From contig JACZYV010000002.1 of assembly GCA_022570905.1 (NCBI GenBank), forward strand, positions 1-49,484: DNA of 49,484 nt, read 5' to 3'. How positions within the stretch are numbered: the stretch's first letter is position 1; the number at the start of each line of letters is the position of its first letter. Origin of the DNA: Chloroflexota bacterium (GTDB taxonomy: Bacteria; Chloroflexota; Dehalococcoidia; Lucifugimonadales; UBA3495). Shown here piece after piece: positions 42,463 to 49,484 of the stretch. A model generated the notes under the pieces. That model made no database searches. It saw only the letters and a program-made list of their open reading frames with translations, and was not told where the DNA came from. Made by a program: the position numbers and the translations under genes.

Positions 42463-43242
42463 ATGGCCCCTCCCAGGACCTATCGCTGCGAAGCCATCAT
42501 CCTCAGCTACACGCCGCTGGGCGAAGCCGACCTGTTGGTCACCATGTACACCAGGGATCAGGGGAAGGTTCGGGCCGTGGGCAAAGGGGCGCGGCGGTCG
42601 ACCAGCAAACTGGTGGGCCACCTTGAGCCTTTGACCGTCGTCAAGATGTCCATGGCCCACGGCCGCAACATGGACATCATCTCCCAGGCGGAGGTTGTCA
42701 GGAGCTTCTCAAAACTGAAAGAAGACCTGATGGGCATCTCCAAGGGATTGTACCTGGCTGAGTTAGTGGACGGGTTCGGAGCCGAGGCCAGCGCCAACCC
42801 CGAACTGTTCCGGCTGATGATCGATACCCTCCGGGCCTTGGAGGCCGATCCGGCCTCGGACATGCCCCTGCGGTTCTTCGAGTTCCACCTGCTGCAGGTG
42901 TCCGGGCTGATGCCAGAACTGTATCACTGCGTTGAATGCCGCATTGAATTGGAGCCTGATGCCCACCGTTTCAGCCCCAACGTGGGAGGCACTCTATGCC
43001 TGGATTGCAGCCCTGACGATGCCCATCTGCGGCCGTTGTCACTCCGCGCTTTAAAGGTGCTGCGTCTCTTGGACCGTAGCGAGATTGCCGAGGCCTGTAC
43101 ATTGTCTCTGGACGACAGCCTGGCCGCCGAGTTAAAAAGCCTGCTTTCCACCACCGTAAGCTACTGGCTGGGTAAGGAAATTCGTTCTAACGCGTTCTTG
43201 GAACGCCTACACAAAGAGTCCCTTCCTGAGGTATACATTTAG
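42463..43242 (+). CDS. recO: DNA repair protein RecO
   Basis: OB-fold N-terminus (EAIILSYTPLGEADLLVTMYTRDQGKVRAVGKGARR) and zinc motif CVEC...CLDC. Confidence 0.88.
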   Translation: MAPPRTYRCEAIILSYTPLGEADLLVTMYTRDQGKVRAVGKGARRSTSKLVGHLEPLTVVKMSMAHGRNMDIISQAEVVRSFSKLKEDLMGISKGLYLAELVDGFGAEASANPELFRLMIDTLRALEADPASDMPLRFFEFHLLQVSGLMPELYHCVECRIELEPDAHRFSPNVGGTLCLDCSPDDAHLRPLSLRALKVLRLLDRSEIAEACTLSLDDSLAAELKSLLSTTVSYWLGKEIRSNAFLERLHKESLPEVYI

Positions 43243-43324
43243 GGCCTATGGCTCATTTTTGAGCGGGGCCCGCGGTTTCACGCCTAAAAACAGGGCTGCC
43301 GTTCCTTGATATGAAGGGTAAATT

Positions 43325-44899
43325 GTGTTTGCCAAGATATTGATCGCCAACCGGGGCGAGATCGCCTGCCGGATCATTCGCACCTGTCAGAGGTTGGGCA
43401 TAAAGACCGTCGCCGTCTACTCGACGGTTGACCAGGAAGCGCTACACGTCAAGTTGGCCGACGAGGCCTACTTGATTGGCGAAGCTCCCCCCCACGACAG
43501 CTACTTAAACATGGGAAAGATACTGGACGCCGCCAAAGCGTCCGGCGCCCAGGCTATCCATCCCGGCTACGGTTTCCTCTCTGAAAATGCCGGATTCGCC
43601 CGTCTCTGCCAGGAGTCGGGCATTTGCTTTGTTGGGCCGGACGCTGATGTCATGGAAAAGATGGGAGACAAGCTCCGCTCCCGGAAGCTGGCCCGCAAGG
43701 CCGGGCTCCCGATACTCCCGGGCACCGACGCGGCCGTGGACAATGAGCACGCCGCTACCAAAGCTTGGGAACTGGGCTTCCCGCTGATGGTCAAAGCGGC
43801 CGAGGGCGGCGGCGGCATCGGCATCCATATCATCGAGTCCCAAGAAGAATTGATGCCCCTTATCGAGCGCACCCGGCAGGTTGCGCAGAGCGCCTTCGGC
43901 AGTCCCCGCCTGTTCTTCGAGCGTTACCTGAAAGACGCCTCCCACATCGAAGTCCAACTCATCGGCGACCAGCACGGCAATTTGGTCCACCTCTACGAAC
44001 GGGACTGCTCCGTGCAACGGCGCAACCAGAAACTGGTGGAGGAAACCTCCGCGTCGGCCAAGCTGACGCCACGGTTACGCCGGCGGGTCTGCAGCCTGGC
44101 GGTCAAGCTGGGAAAATTCATCGGATACACCAGCACGGGCACCGTTGAGTTTCTGGTGACCGCCGACGGCAGCGTCTTCTTCCTGGAGATGAACACCCGG
44201 CTACAGGTGGAGCACGGCGTGACCGAGATGGTGACCGGGTTGGACCTGGTGGAACTACAACTCCTAGTCGCCGCCGGAGAGCACCTGCCCATCAGCCAAG
44301 ACGACGTCTCCGTCAATGGACACGCCATCGAGGTCAGGATCTACCCGGAAGACCCCGAGACTTTCATGCCCGACGCCGGAGAGATAACAGACCTGCATCT
44401 GCCTGAGGGGGAGCACATCCGCATCGACTCCGCGCTTTGCAACGGCTACATCGTTGGTTTAGACTATGAGCCGCTGATGGCCAAGATAATGGCCTGGGGA
44501 GAGGACCGGAATCAGGCGGTAAAAACCCTGCAGACGGCCCTCTTGGAATTCCGGCTGGAAGGCGTTAAGTGCAATGTCCCGCTGCTGAGGGACATACTGG
44601 CCACCAAGGAATTTTTGGCCGCCGCCCACCACACCGGCTCCATGCCCATATGGTTGGAAGAATTCAAAAACCGCTCTCAGAACAATGGCGTCAACGGAAA
44701 GATGCATAAGAATGGCAACGGACATAAGAACGGCCAAGAGAACGGCGAGCGCGAGATCGCCGCGGCCATCGGTGTCTCCCTTGCCATGGCCATGAAATCC
44801 GCTCACCCCTTGGCGCCGTCCGCCTTCAACCCTTGGCGGTTGTACGGGCGCCGGGAGCAACTCCTCTCCCGGTCAATGGGGAACCGGAGTTGGCGGTAA
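43325..44899 (+). CDS. accC: Biotin carboxylase (acyl-CoA carboxylase alpha-type) with a low-complexity C-terminal extension
   Basis: KILIANRGEIACRIIRT, GYGFLSEN, MVKAAEGGGGIGI, EMNTRLQVEH. GTG start. The tail is NGVNGKMHKNGNGHKNGQENGE. Confidence 0.88.
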   Translation: MFAKILIANRGEIACRIIRTCQRLGIKTVAVYSTVDQEALHVKLADEAYLIGEAPPHDSYLNMGKILDAAKASGAQAIHPGYGFLSENAGFARLCQESGICFVGPDADVMEKMGDKLRSRKLARKAGLPILPGTDAAVDNEHAATKAWELGFPLMVKAAEGGGGIGIHIIESQEELMPLIERTRQVAQSAFGSPRLFFERYLKDASHIEVQLIGDQHGNLVHLYERDCSVQRRNQKLVEETSASAKLTPRLRRRVCSLAVKLGKFIGYTSTGTVEFLVTADGSVFFLEMNTRLQVEHGVTEMVTGLDLVELQLLVAAGEHLPISQDDVSVNGHAIEVRIYPEDPETFMPDAGEITDLHLPEGEHIRIDSALCNGYIVGLDYEPLMAKIMAWGEDRNQAVKTLQTALLEFRLEGVKCNVPLLRDILATKEFLAAAHHTGSMPIWLEEFKNRSQNNGVNGKMHKNGNGHKNGQENGEREIAAAIGVSLAMAMKSAHPLAPSAFNPWRLYGRREQLLSRSMGNRSWR

Positions 44900-45330
44900 C
44901 CACCCTTCGAATCAAGGTTGGGGATAACTGGTATAACGTCGAAGTAGGTGAACTGACCCATTCCCCGGTCCAGGTCACCGTTGAAGGCGAGACCTTCTTG
45001 GTGGAAGTCGAGGGCCTACCCCGCCAACTCCCGGCCCGCCCCCGCCGCGGACGAACCCAGACCCCGGGCATCGTGGTCCCACCCCCACCCACCCGTGGCT
45101 CTGCCGCCAGCGGACCGGAGAACATCATCGCGTCCCCACTGTCCGGACGGGTCATCTCCATCCTGGTCCGGCCTGGCGACCAGGTCACAGCCGGCCAGGA
45201 AGTGTGCGTGGTTGAAGCCATGAAGATGGAGCAGAGCATCCGCGCCACCCGTGACGGCGTCGTCAAGGAAGTCCTGGTCCAGCCCATGGACTCGGTCCGC
45301 ACCAACGACCCTCTGATCGAACTGGAATAG
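44890..45330 (+). CDS. Biotin carboxyl carrier protein (biotinyl domain)
   Basis: EAMKMEQSI biotinylation motif and a Pro-rich linker. The start is TTG 44890 (overlaps the accC stop; the N-terminus then reads MAVTTLRIKVGDNWYNVEV) or TTG 44833. Confidence 0.8.
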   Translation: MAVTTLRIKVGDNWYNVEVGELTHSPVQVTVEGETFLVEVEGLPRQLPARPRRGRTQTPGIVVPPPPTRGSAASGPENIIASPLSGRVISILVRPGDQVTAGQEVCVVEAMKMEQSIRATRDGVVKEVLVQPMDSVRTNDPLIELE

Positions 45331-45487
45331 CCCCCTCCTCAACATATTCCCAGGGCGGCCCTGGTTTTCAGATCCTCGCGTGCGTTAGTTACCCTCTTGT
45401 ATTATCATGGGCTGATTAAATCCAGGAACGTGTTTCCCCTGGCTTGGGCGCTCCCTTATCTCTGGCGGTAATCAGGAGGGTAAAACC

Positions 45488-47032
45488 ATGAAATACGACT
45501 ACATCGTGGTGGGCGGCGGTTCCGCGGGATGCACGATCGCCACCCGTCTATCCGAAGACCCGTCCAAGTCGGTCCTGTTGCTGGAAGCAGGCCCAGACTA
45601 TCCCGACTTCGACCATCTACCGGACGACATCAAATACGGCAACAACATTTGGCTGTCGGCCTACGGCCCCCACAGTTGGGATTACGTGGCCCAGGTGACT
45701 CCGGAGCAGCCAAACCTGACCATTCCCAGGGGCAAGGCCACCGGCGGCTCCAGCGCGATCAACGGGCAGGTGCTATTCCGGGGCATCCCCGAGGACTACG
45801 ACGGCTGGGCGGCCATGGGAAACGACGAATGGGGTTTCACCAAGGTCCTCCCCTACTTCAACAAGCTGGAGACCGACCTGGATTTTAGCGGAGATTTCCA
45901 CGGCTCCGACGGCCCGGTGCCCGTGCGGCGCTATCCCCGCAGCGAGTGGCTGCCTTATGCCAAGGCCTTTGAGGACGCCTGCGTCGCGGTGGGGTACGAG
46001 ATAGACGAGGACATGAACCATCCGGAGTCCACCGGAATCTCTCCCAGGGCCAGGAACACCATCGACGGCGTGCGCATGAGCATGGCTTTGAATTACTTGG
46101 ACATGGCCCGCCACCGGTTGAACTTCAACATCCGGGGAGGCGTGACTGCCCGGCGAATCTTATTCGAAGGCAAACGGGCCGTGGGCATCGAAGCCGAAAG
46201 CGGCGGCGAGATATTCACGGTGGAAGGGGACCAGATCGTGGTCTGCAACGGCGCGGTCGCATCGCCCCAGTTGTTGATGCTCTCGGGCATCGGGCCGGCC
46301 GAACACCTCAGGTCCTTGGGGATAGACGTGGTCCACGACTCACCCGGAGTCGGCCAGAACCTGCGCGACCATCCCTCCGCCGCCGTTCTGTACCACGCAA
46401 CCGGTGACCGGCCCGACGTTCAGGCTCCGGTGATTCAGGTGGGCCTGCGCTACACCGTGGAAAACTCCAACCTACGGAACGACATGCAGATCAGCCCCAT
46501 GCTGATGACCAGCGAGCACCGTCCCGCTCAGGTTGAGATCGATGACGACAAGAATTACATCGGTCTCAGCGCCAGCCTGCAGTTGGCCCTGGGCAAGGGT
46601 GAGCTAAAGCTCACTTCGACAGACCCCAACGTGCAGCCTTTCTTGAATTACAACTATTTCCAGGAGGAGGAAGACCTGCGCCGCATGCGGGAGGCGGTGC
46701 GTCTATGCATCCAGATCTGTGAACAGCCCGCCTTCAACAACATTCTCTTGGATCTGGTGAACCCCACCGAAGCCGACCTGGTTTCGGACGAGACTCTGAA
46801 TGCCTGGCTGATGCGGAATACTGGGACCTCGCACCACATCTCAGGCACTTGCAAGATGGGCCCCGACTCCGACTCGATGGCGGTGGTAGACCAGTTCTGC
46901 CATGTACGCGGCGTCGAGGGACTGCGCGTGGCCGACGCCTCGGTGATGCCGGACTGCATCCGGGCCAACACCAACGCCACCGTGATCATGATCGGCGAGA
47001 AGGTGGCCGACTGGATCAAAGAGGGCCGCTAA
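45488..47032 (+). CDS. GMC family oxidoreductase (choline dehydrogenase-like)
   Basis: YDYIVVGGGSAGCTIATRLSED, GKATGGSSAINGQV, C-terminal HHISGTCKMG...VRGVEGLRVADASVMP. AGGAGGG ribosome-binding site. Confidence 0.88.
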   Translation: MKYDYIVVGGGSAGCTIATRLSEDPSKSVLLLEAGPDYPDFDHLPDDIKYGNNIWLSAYGPHSWDYVAQVTPEQPNLTIPRGKATGGSSAINGQVLFRGIPEDYDGWAAMGNDEWGFTKVLPYFNKLETDLDFSGDFHGSDGPVPVRRYPRSEWLPYAKAFEDACVAVGYEIDEDMNHPESTGISPRARNTIDGVRMSMALNYLDMARHRLNFNIRGGVTARRILFEGKRAVGIEAESGGEIFTVEGDQIVVCNGAVASPQLLMLSGIGPAEHLRSLGIDVVHDSPGVGQNLRDHPSAAVLYHATGDRPDVQAPVIQVGLRYTVENSNLRNDMQISPMLMTSEHRPAQVEIDDDKNYIGLSASLQLALGKGELKLTSTDPNVQPFLNYNYFQEEEDLRRMREAVRLCIQICEQPAFNNILLDLVNPTEADLVSDETLNAWLMRNTGTSHHISGTCKMGPDSDSMAVVDQFCHVRGVEGLRVADASVMPDCIRANTNATVIMIGEKVADWIKEGR

Positions 47033-47060
47033 CCATACTTGCCAATGGGACCAGCCGGGG

Positions 47061-47507
47061 TCACCGGTCCTGCCAGTCCGGCGTCTCCTCGTTGACGCAG
47101 TGAAGGAACACGAAGGCGGAGGTCCGGCCCAAACCGGCAAAGGGCCGCGTTAAAACCTTGACGCGGCCGTAGTAGTCCAGGTGGTCCAACGACCTCAAGT
47201 AGGCATGAAACGAGCCGTGCTGTTCGATCAGGTCGAGCATGGTGCGGGCATTCTCAACCGTTGCCACGATCTTGCGCCGGTTGCGGACGATGCTCCGGTC
47301 CTCGAAGAGGCGCTCCAGGTCGTCGGGCCCGTAGGAGGCCACCCGGCCCAGATCAAATCTGTCGAAGCTCGTCACAAAGCCTTCCCACTTCTCCCTTATA
47401 ACCGGCCAACTGAACCCGGCGCGGAAGACCGCCTTGGTCAACTGTTCAAAATAGCCGTCGTTGCCTTCCGGCGTGATTTTTGGCGGTCTTTCCAGGGCTC
47501 TTCTCAC
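47061..47507 (-). CDS. DNA-3-methyladenine glycosylase I (Tag)-like protein
   Basis: YFEQLTKAVFRAGFSWPVIREKWEGF...FD, SIVRNRRKI and ENAR resemble the Adenine_glyco family. GTG start with AAGGGAG upstream. Confidence 0.6.
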   Translation of the reverse strand: MRRALERPPKITPEGNDGYFEQLTKAVFRAGFSWPVIREKWEGFVTSFDRFDLGRVASYGPDDLERLFEDRSIVRNRRKIVATVENARTMLDLIEQHGSFHAYLRSLDHLDYYGRVKVLTRPFAGLGRTSAFVFLHCVNEETPDWQDR

Positions 47508-47655
47508 TCGAACGGTCTCCCTTAATTACCTTTTGGCCGCTGTTCAGTATAGTTTCAGGCTGGCCCGATTCCAATCTGGCGAAAGGAATGACGAAACGCC
47601 GGAAAAATTAGGTTCCGGGGATATCTCATTCCAACTACCCCAACGCTCAATGATA

Positions 47656-47664
47656 TGTTATATT
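47656..47664 (+). promoter_or_regulatory. Candidate extended -10 element (TGtTATATT) upstream of the LysR gene
   Basis: Read directly, ~36 nt upstream of ATG 47700, in the divergent intergenic region. Confidence 0.3.
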
Positions 47665-47699
47665 GGCGACCGTGATGCCAAAGGGGGAGGCAACGCCAG

Positions 47700-48647
47700 A
47701 TGGAACTGCGGCAGCTTGTCAGTTTTTACCACGTTGCTCAGCTGCGAAGTGTCTCTAAAGCGGCCCGCACACTGGGATTGGGCCAGCCAACGGTAACAAC
47801 CCACCTTCGCAAGCTGGAAGACGAGTTTGAAATTATTCTCTTCGACCGCATTAAGCGGCCGATTCAGCTTACCTCGGAAGGGTCGATCTTATTGGAACTG
47901 GTAACCCCAGTGGTCCAAGCGGTGGACGCGCTGAAGACGCAGATGGACTACAGCGAGCGCCGGGGATCGTTTGTTGTGGGCGCTTACCCGGACTTGGTTA
48001 CGCACCACCTCCCTCCGGGAATCCAGGTCTTCAGCAAGGCCTACCCGGACGTGCGTATACAGCTGATGGCCCGTCCCTACACTCCGCTGCTGCGCCTGGT
48101 TAGGTCCGGCGAGATTGACCTGGCGTTTTGCGCTCCGCCGCCCTTGGACGACCAGGCGCTGGACTTCCAAGAGTTGTTCAAGTACGACGTTGTGCTGATG
48201 ACCCCACTGAACCATCCGTTATTGCAGCAAAAAAATGTTAGCTTGAAGGAGCTATCTCCCTGGCCCATGATCCTTTCGGGACCCGAAAGCCTCACCCGCC
48301 AAAAAGTAGAGCAGGAACTCAGGAACCAAGGCGTGACTTGGGACGTGGTGCTGTCCTTGGACGATACTGAGTCCATAAAACGCTACGTCGAGACCGGTAT
48401 GGGAGTGGCGGTCTGCGCCGATTTCACCCTCCACCAGCAAGACCACGACCGTCTGGGTGTGGTGCGGTTGGACCACATCTTCGAGTCCTCGGTGATCGGG
48501 GTTTGCACATTGAAAGGAAAGTTCCTGGGGCAAGCTGTTCGGAACTTTATCGAGGTGCTTTCCGACGAGATGCGGGGGTTTCACGCCGACTTGGCCGGCT
48601 GGGAGCACCCAACGGTCAAGGAGCGAGCCCAGGCAAAGGTCAAATAA
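47700..48647 (+). CDS. LysR family transcriptional regulator
   Basis: N-terminal wHTH MELRQLVSFYHVAQLRSVSKAARTLGLGQPTVTTHLRKLE, ~315 aa. GGGGGAGG ribosome-binding site. Confidence 0.9.
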   Translation: MELRQLVSFYHVAQLRSVSKAARTLGLGQPTVTTHLRKLEDEFEIILFDRIKRPIQLTSEGSILLELVTPVVQAVDALKTQMDYSERRGSFVVGAYPDLVTHHLPPGIQVFSKAYPDVRIQLMARPYTPLLRLVRSGEIDLAFCAPPPLDDQALDFQELFKYDVVLMTPLNHPLLQQKNVSLKELSPWPMILSGPESLTRQKVEQELRNQGVTWDVVLSLDDTESIKRYVETGMGVAVCADFTLHQQDHDRLGVVRLDHIFESSVIGVCTLKGKFLGQAVRNFIEVLSDEMRGFHADLAGWEHPTVKERAQAKVK

Positions 48648-48741
48648 TCTCTCTCCCTCCCTCGGATCAGGCTCTCCTCTGGTTTGCAGCGATGGCCCTG
48701 CGTCCCATGGTCATCTTGAGATAAGCGCAGGGTTTCGTTTT

Positions 48742-48777
48742 GCCGCGCCGGGTGCCGCGCCGGGCGCCGCGCCGGCA
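48742..48777. repeat. 12-bp direct repeat x3 (GCCGCGCCGGGT / GCCGCGCCGGGC / GCCGCGCCGGCA)
   Basis: Read directly in the lysR-downstream intergenic region. Confidence 0.85.
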
Positions 48778-48800
48778 TCGGCTGACACTTGGAAACTCCT

Positions 48801-48813
48801 TATCTTCCTGATA
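48801..48813. promoter_or_regulatory. Candidate LysR-type T-N11-A box (TATCTTCCTGATA)
   Basis: Dyad ATC-N5-GAT within T-N11-A, ~125 nt upstream of ATG 48939. Confidence 0.25.
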
Positions 48814-48938
48814 CCACCGCATTCTTTCACGGCGCGTCCCAAACCCTCCCCGGGATGACCAATGTGTGATGCCCCTTGAGTCTTGCCCGCCAAAGACCGG
48901 ATAATAGGGCCGATACGCCCATCCAGCCTGAGGTTTTT

Positions 48939-49484
48939 ATGTCAACCGGTCCTCCCCGAAAGCAGCTCAACGTAACCGTGATCGGCGCCGGCATCGTGGG
49001 CGCCGCCATCGCTTATTCCCTGGCCAGGCGCGGCGTCGCGGTGACCGTGATCGATAAAGGAAGGCCCGGCGGCGGGGCCACCAGCCACTCCTTCGCCTGG
49101 ATCAACGCCACCGCCAAGCATCCGGTCTCCTACCACGACTTCAACCGGCGGTCGCTGGGCATGTGGGACCGGTTCGCCAAAGGCCTCGACGTGGATGTCG
49201 GGTTGCGGTGGGGCGGGCAGCTGGAATGGGCCTCCACTGAAGAGGGCGCCGCCGAACTGGAGTCCCGCGCCGGCCAGCTCCAAGCCTGGGGCTACCCCTG
49301 CCAGATGCTTGACGGCGCCCAGATGGCCCAACTGGAACCCGGACTATCTCCCCGGCAGGTTACGGCGGCGATCTACTGCGAATTGGACGGCATGGTCGAA
49401 CCCACCTTAGTTGCGGAGGCCTGCATCCGGGCCGCGGCCAAACACGGCGCGGCGGTCAAGCTGGAAACCGCGGTCACCGGACTG
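48939..49484 (+). CDS. FAD-dependent oxidoreductase (DAO family; D-amino-acid/glycine oxidase-like), 3' end runs off the window
   Basis: MSTGPPRKQLNVTVIGAGIVGAAIAYSLARRGVAVTVIDKG dinucleotide-binding fold, then GGATSHSFAWIN. The frame is open to the window end. It is not in the ORF track because no stop is reached. Confidence 0.8.
   Translation, partial: MSTGPPRKQLNVTVIGAGIVGAAIAYSLARRGVAVTVIDKGRPGGGATSHSFAWINATAKHPVSYHDFNRRSLGMWDRFAKGLDVDVGLRWGGQLEWASTEEGAAELESRAGQLQAWGYPCQMLDGAQMAQLEPGLSPRQVTAAIYCELDGMVEPTLVAEACIRAAAKHGAAVKLETAVTGL

Overview
A 49.5-kb high-GC bacterial chromosomal segment (flanks about 65% GC on the few 60-nt lines I hand-counted). It is densely coding on both strands: about 45 protein genes and one tRNA-Glu. 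I saw no rRNA, CRISPR array, transposase or integrase. The gene content (many oxidoreductases, CoA-transferase, lipoproteins with Pro/Ala/Thr linkers, DUF5679, PAC2, frequent TTG starts) suggests a Chloroflexota- or Actinomycetota-like organism, but that is inference only.

Layout:
- 122-10881 (minus strand): two paralogous ~1,100-aa double-FtsX permeases, two different ABC ATPases, a His/Asp-rich 39-bp tandem-repeat ORF, an uncharacterised lipoprotein and a cupredoxin.
- 11.3-16.8 kb: catabolic genes (SDR, CoA-transferase A/B, BNR propeller, DmlA/TtuC-like dehydrogenase).
- 16.8-20.6 kb (minus strand): late cobalamin genes (pduX-like, cobU, cobQ, cobC).
- 20.7-21.5 kb: a small zinc-ribbon gene, then about 0.5 kb of ORF-free structured sequence.
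- 21.5-26 kb: assorted enzymes.
- 26.3-34.8 kb: a peptide/nickel-family ABC importer with two tandem paralogous binding proteins.
- 34.9-43.2 kb: housekeeping genes (nth-like, argC, tRNA-Glu, tlpA-like, ybeY, dnaX, ybaB, recR, recO).
- 43.3-49.5 kb: biotin carboxylase plus BCCP, GMC oxidoreductase, Tag-like glycosylase, LysR regulator and a truncated FAD oxidase.

The two loci that most deserve follow-up:
1. The 122-10881 transporter block, together with the His-rich repeat that has no canonical start codon covering it.
2. A lower-GC two-gene cassette (259-aa TPR-like protein plus PIN-domain nuclease) wedged between ybaB and recR.

All functional calls rest on motifs I recognised by eye. No database search was run.
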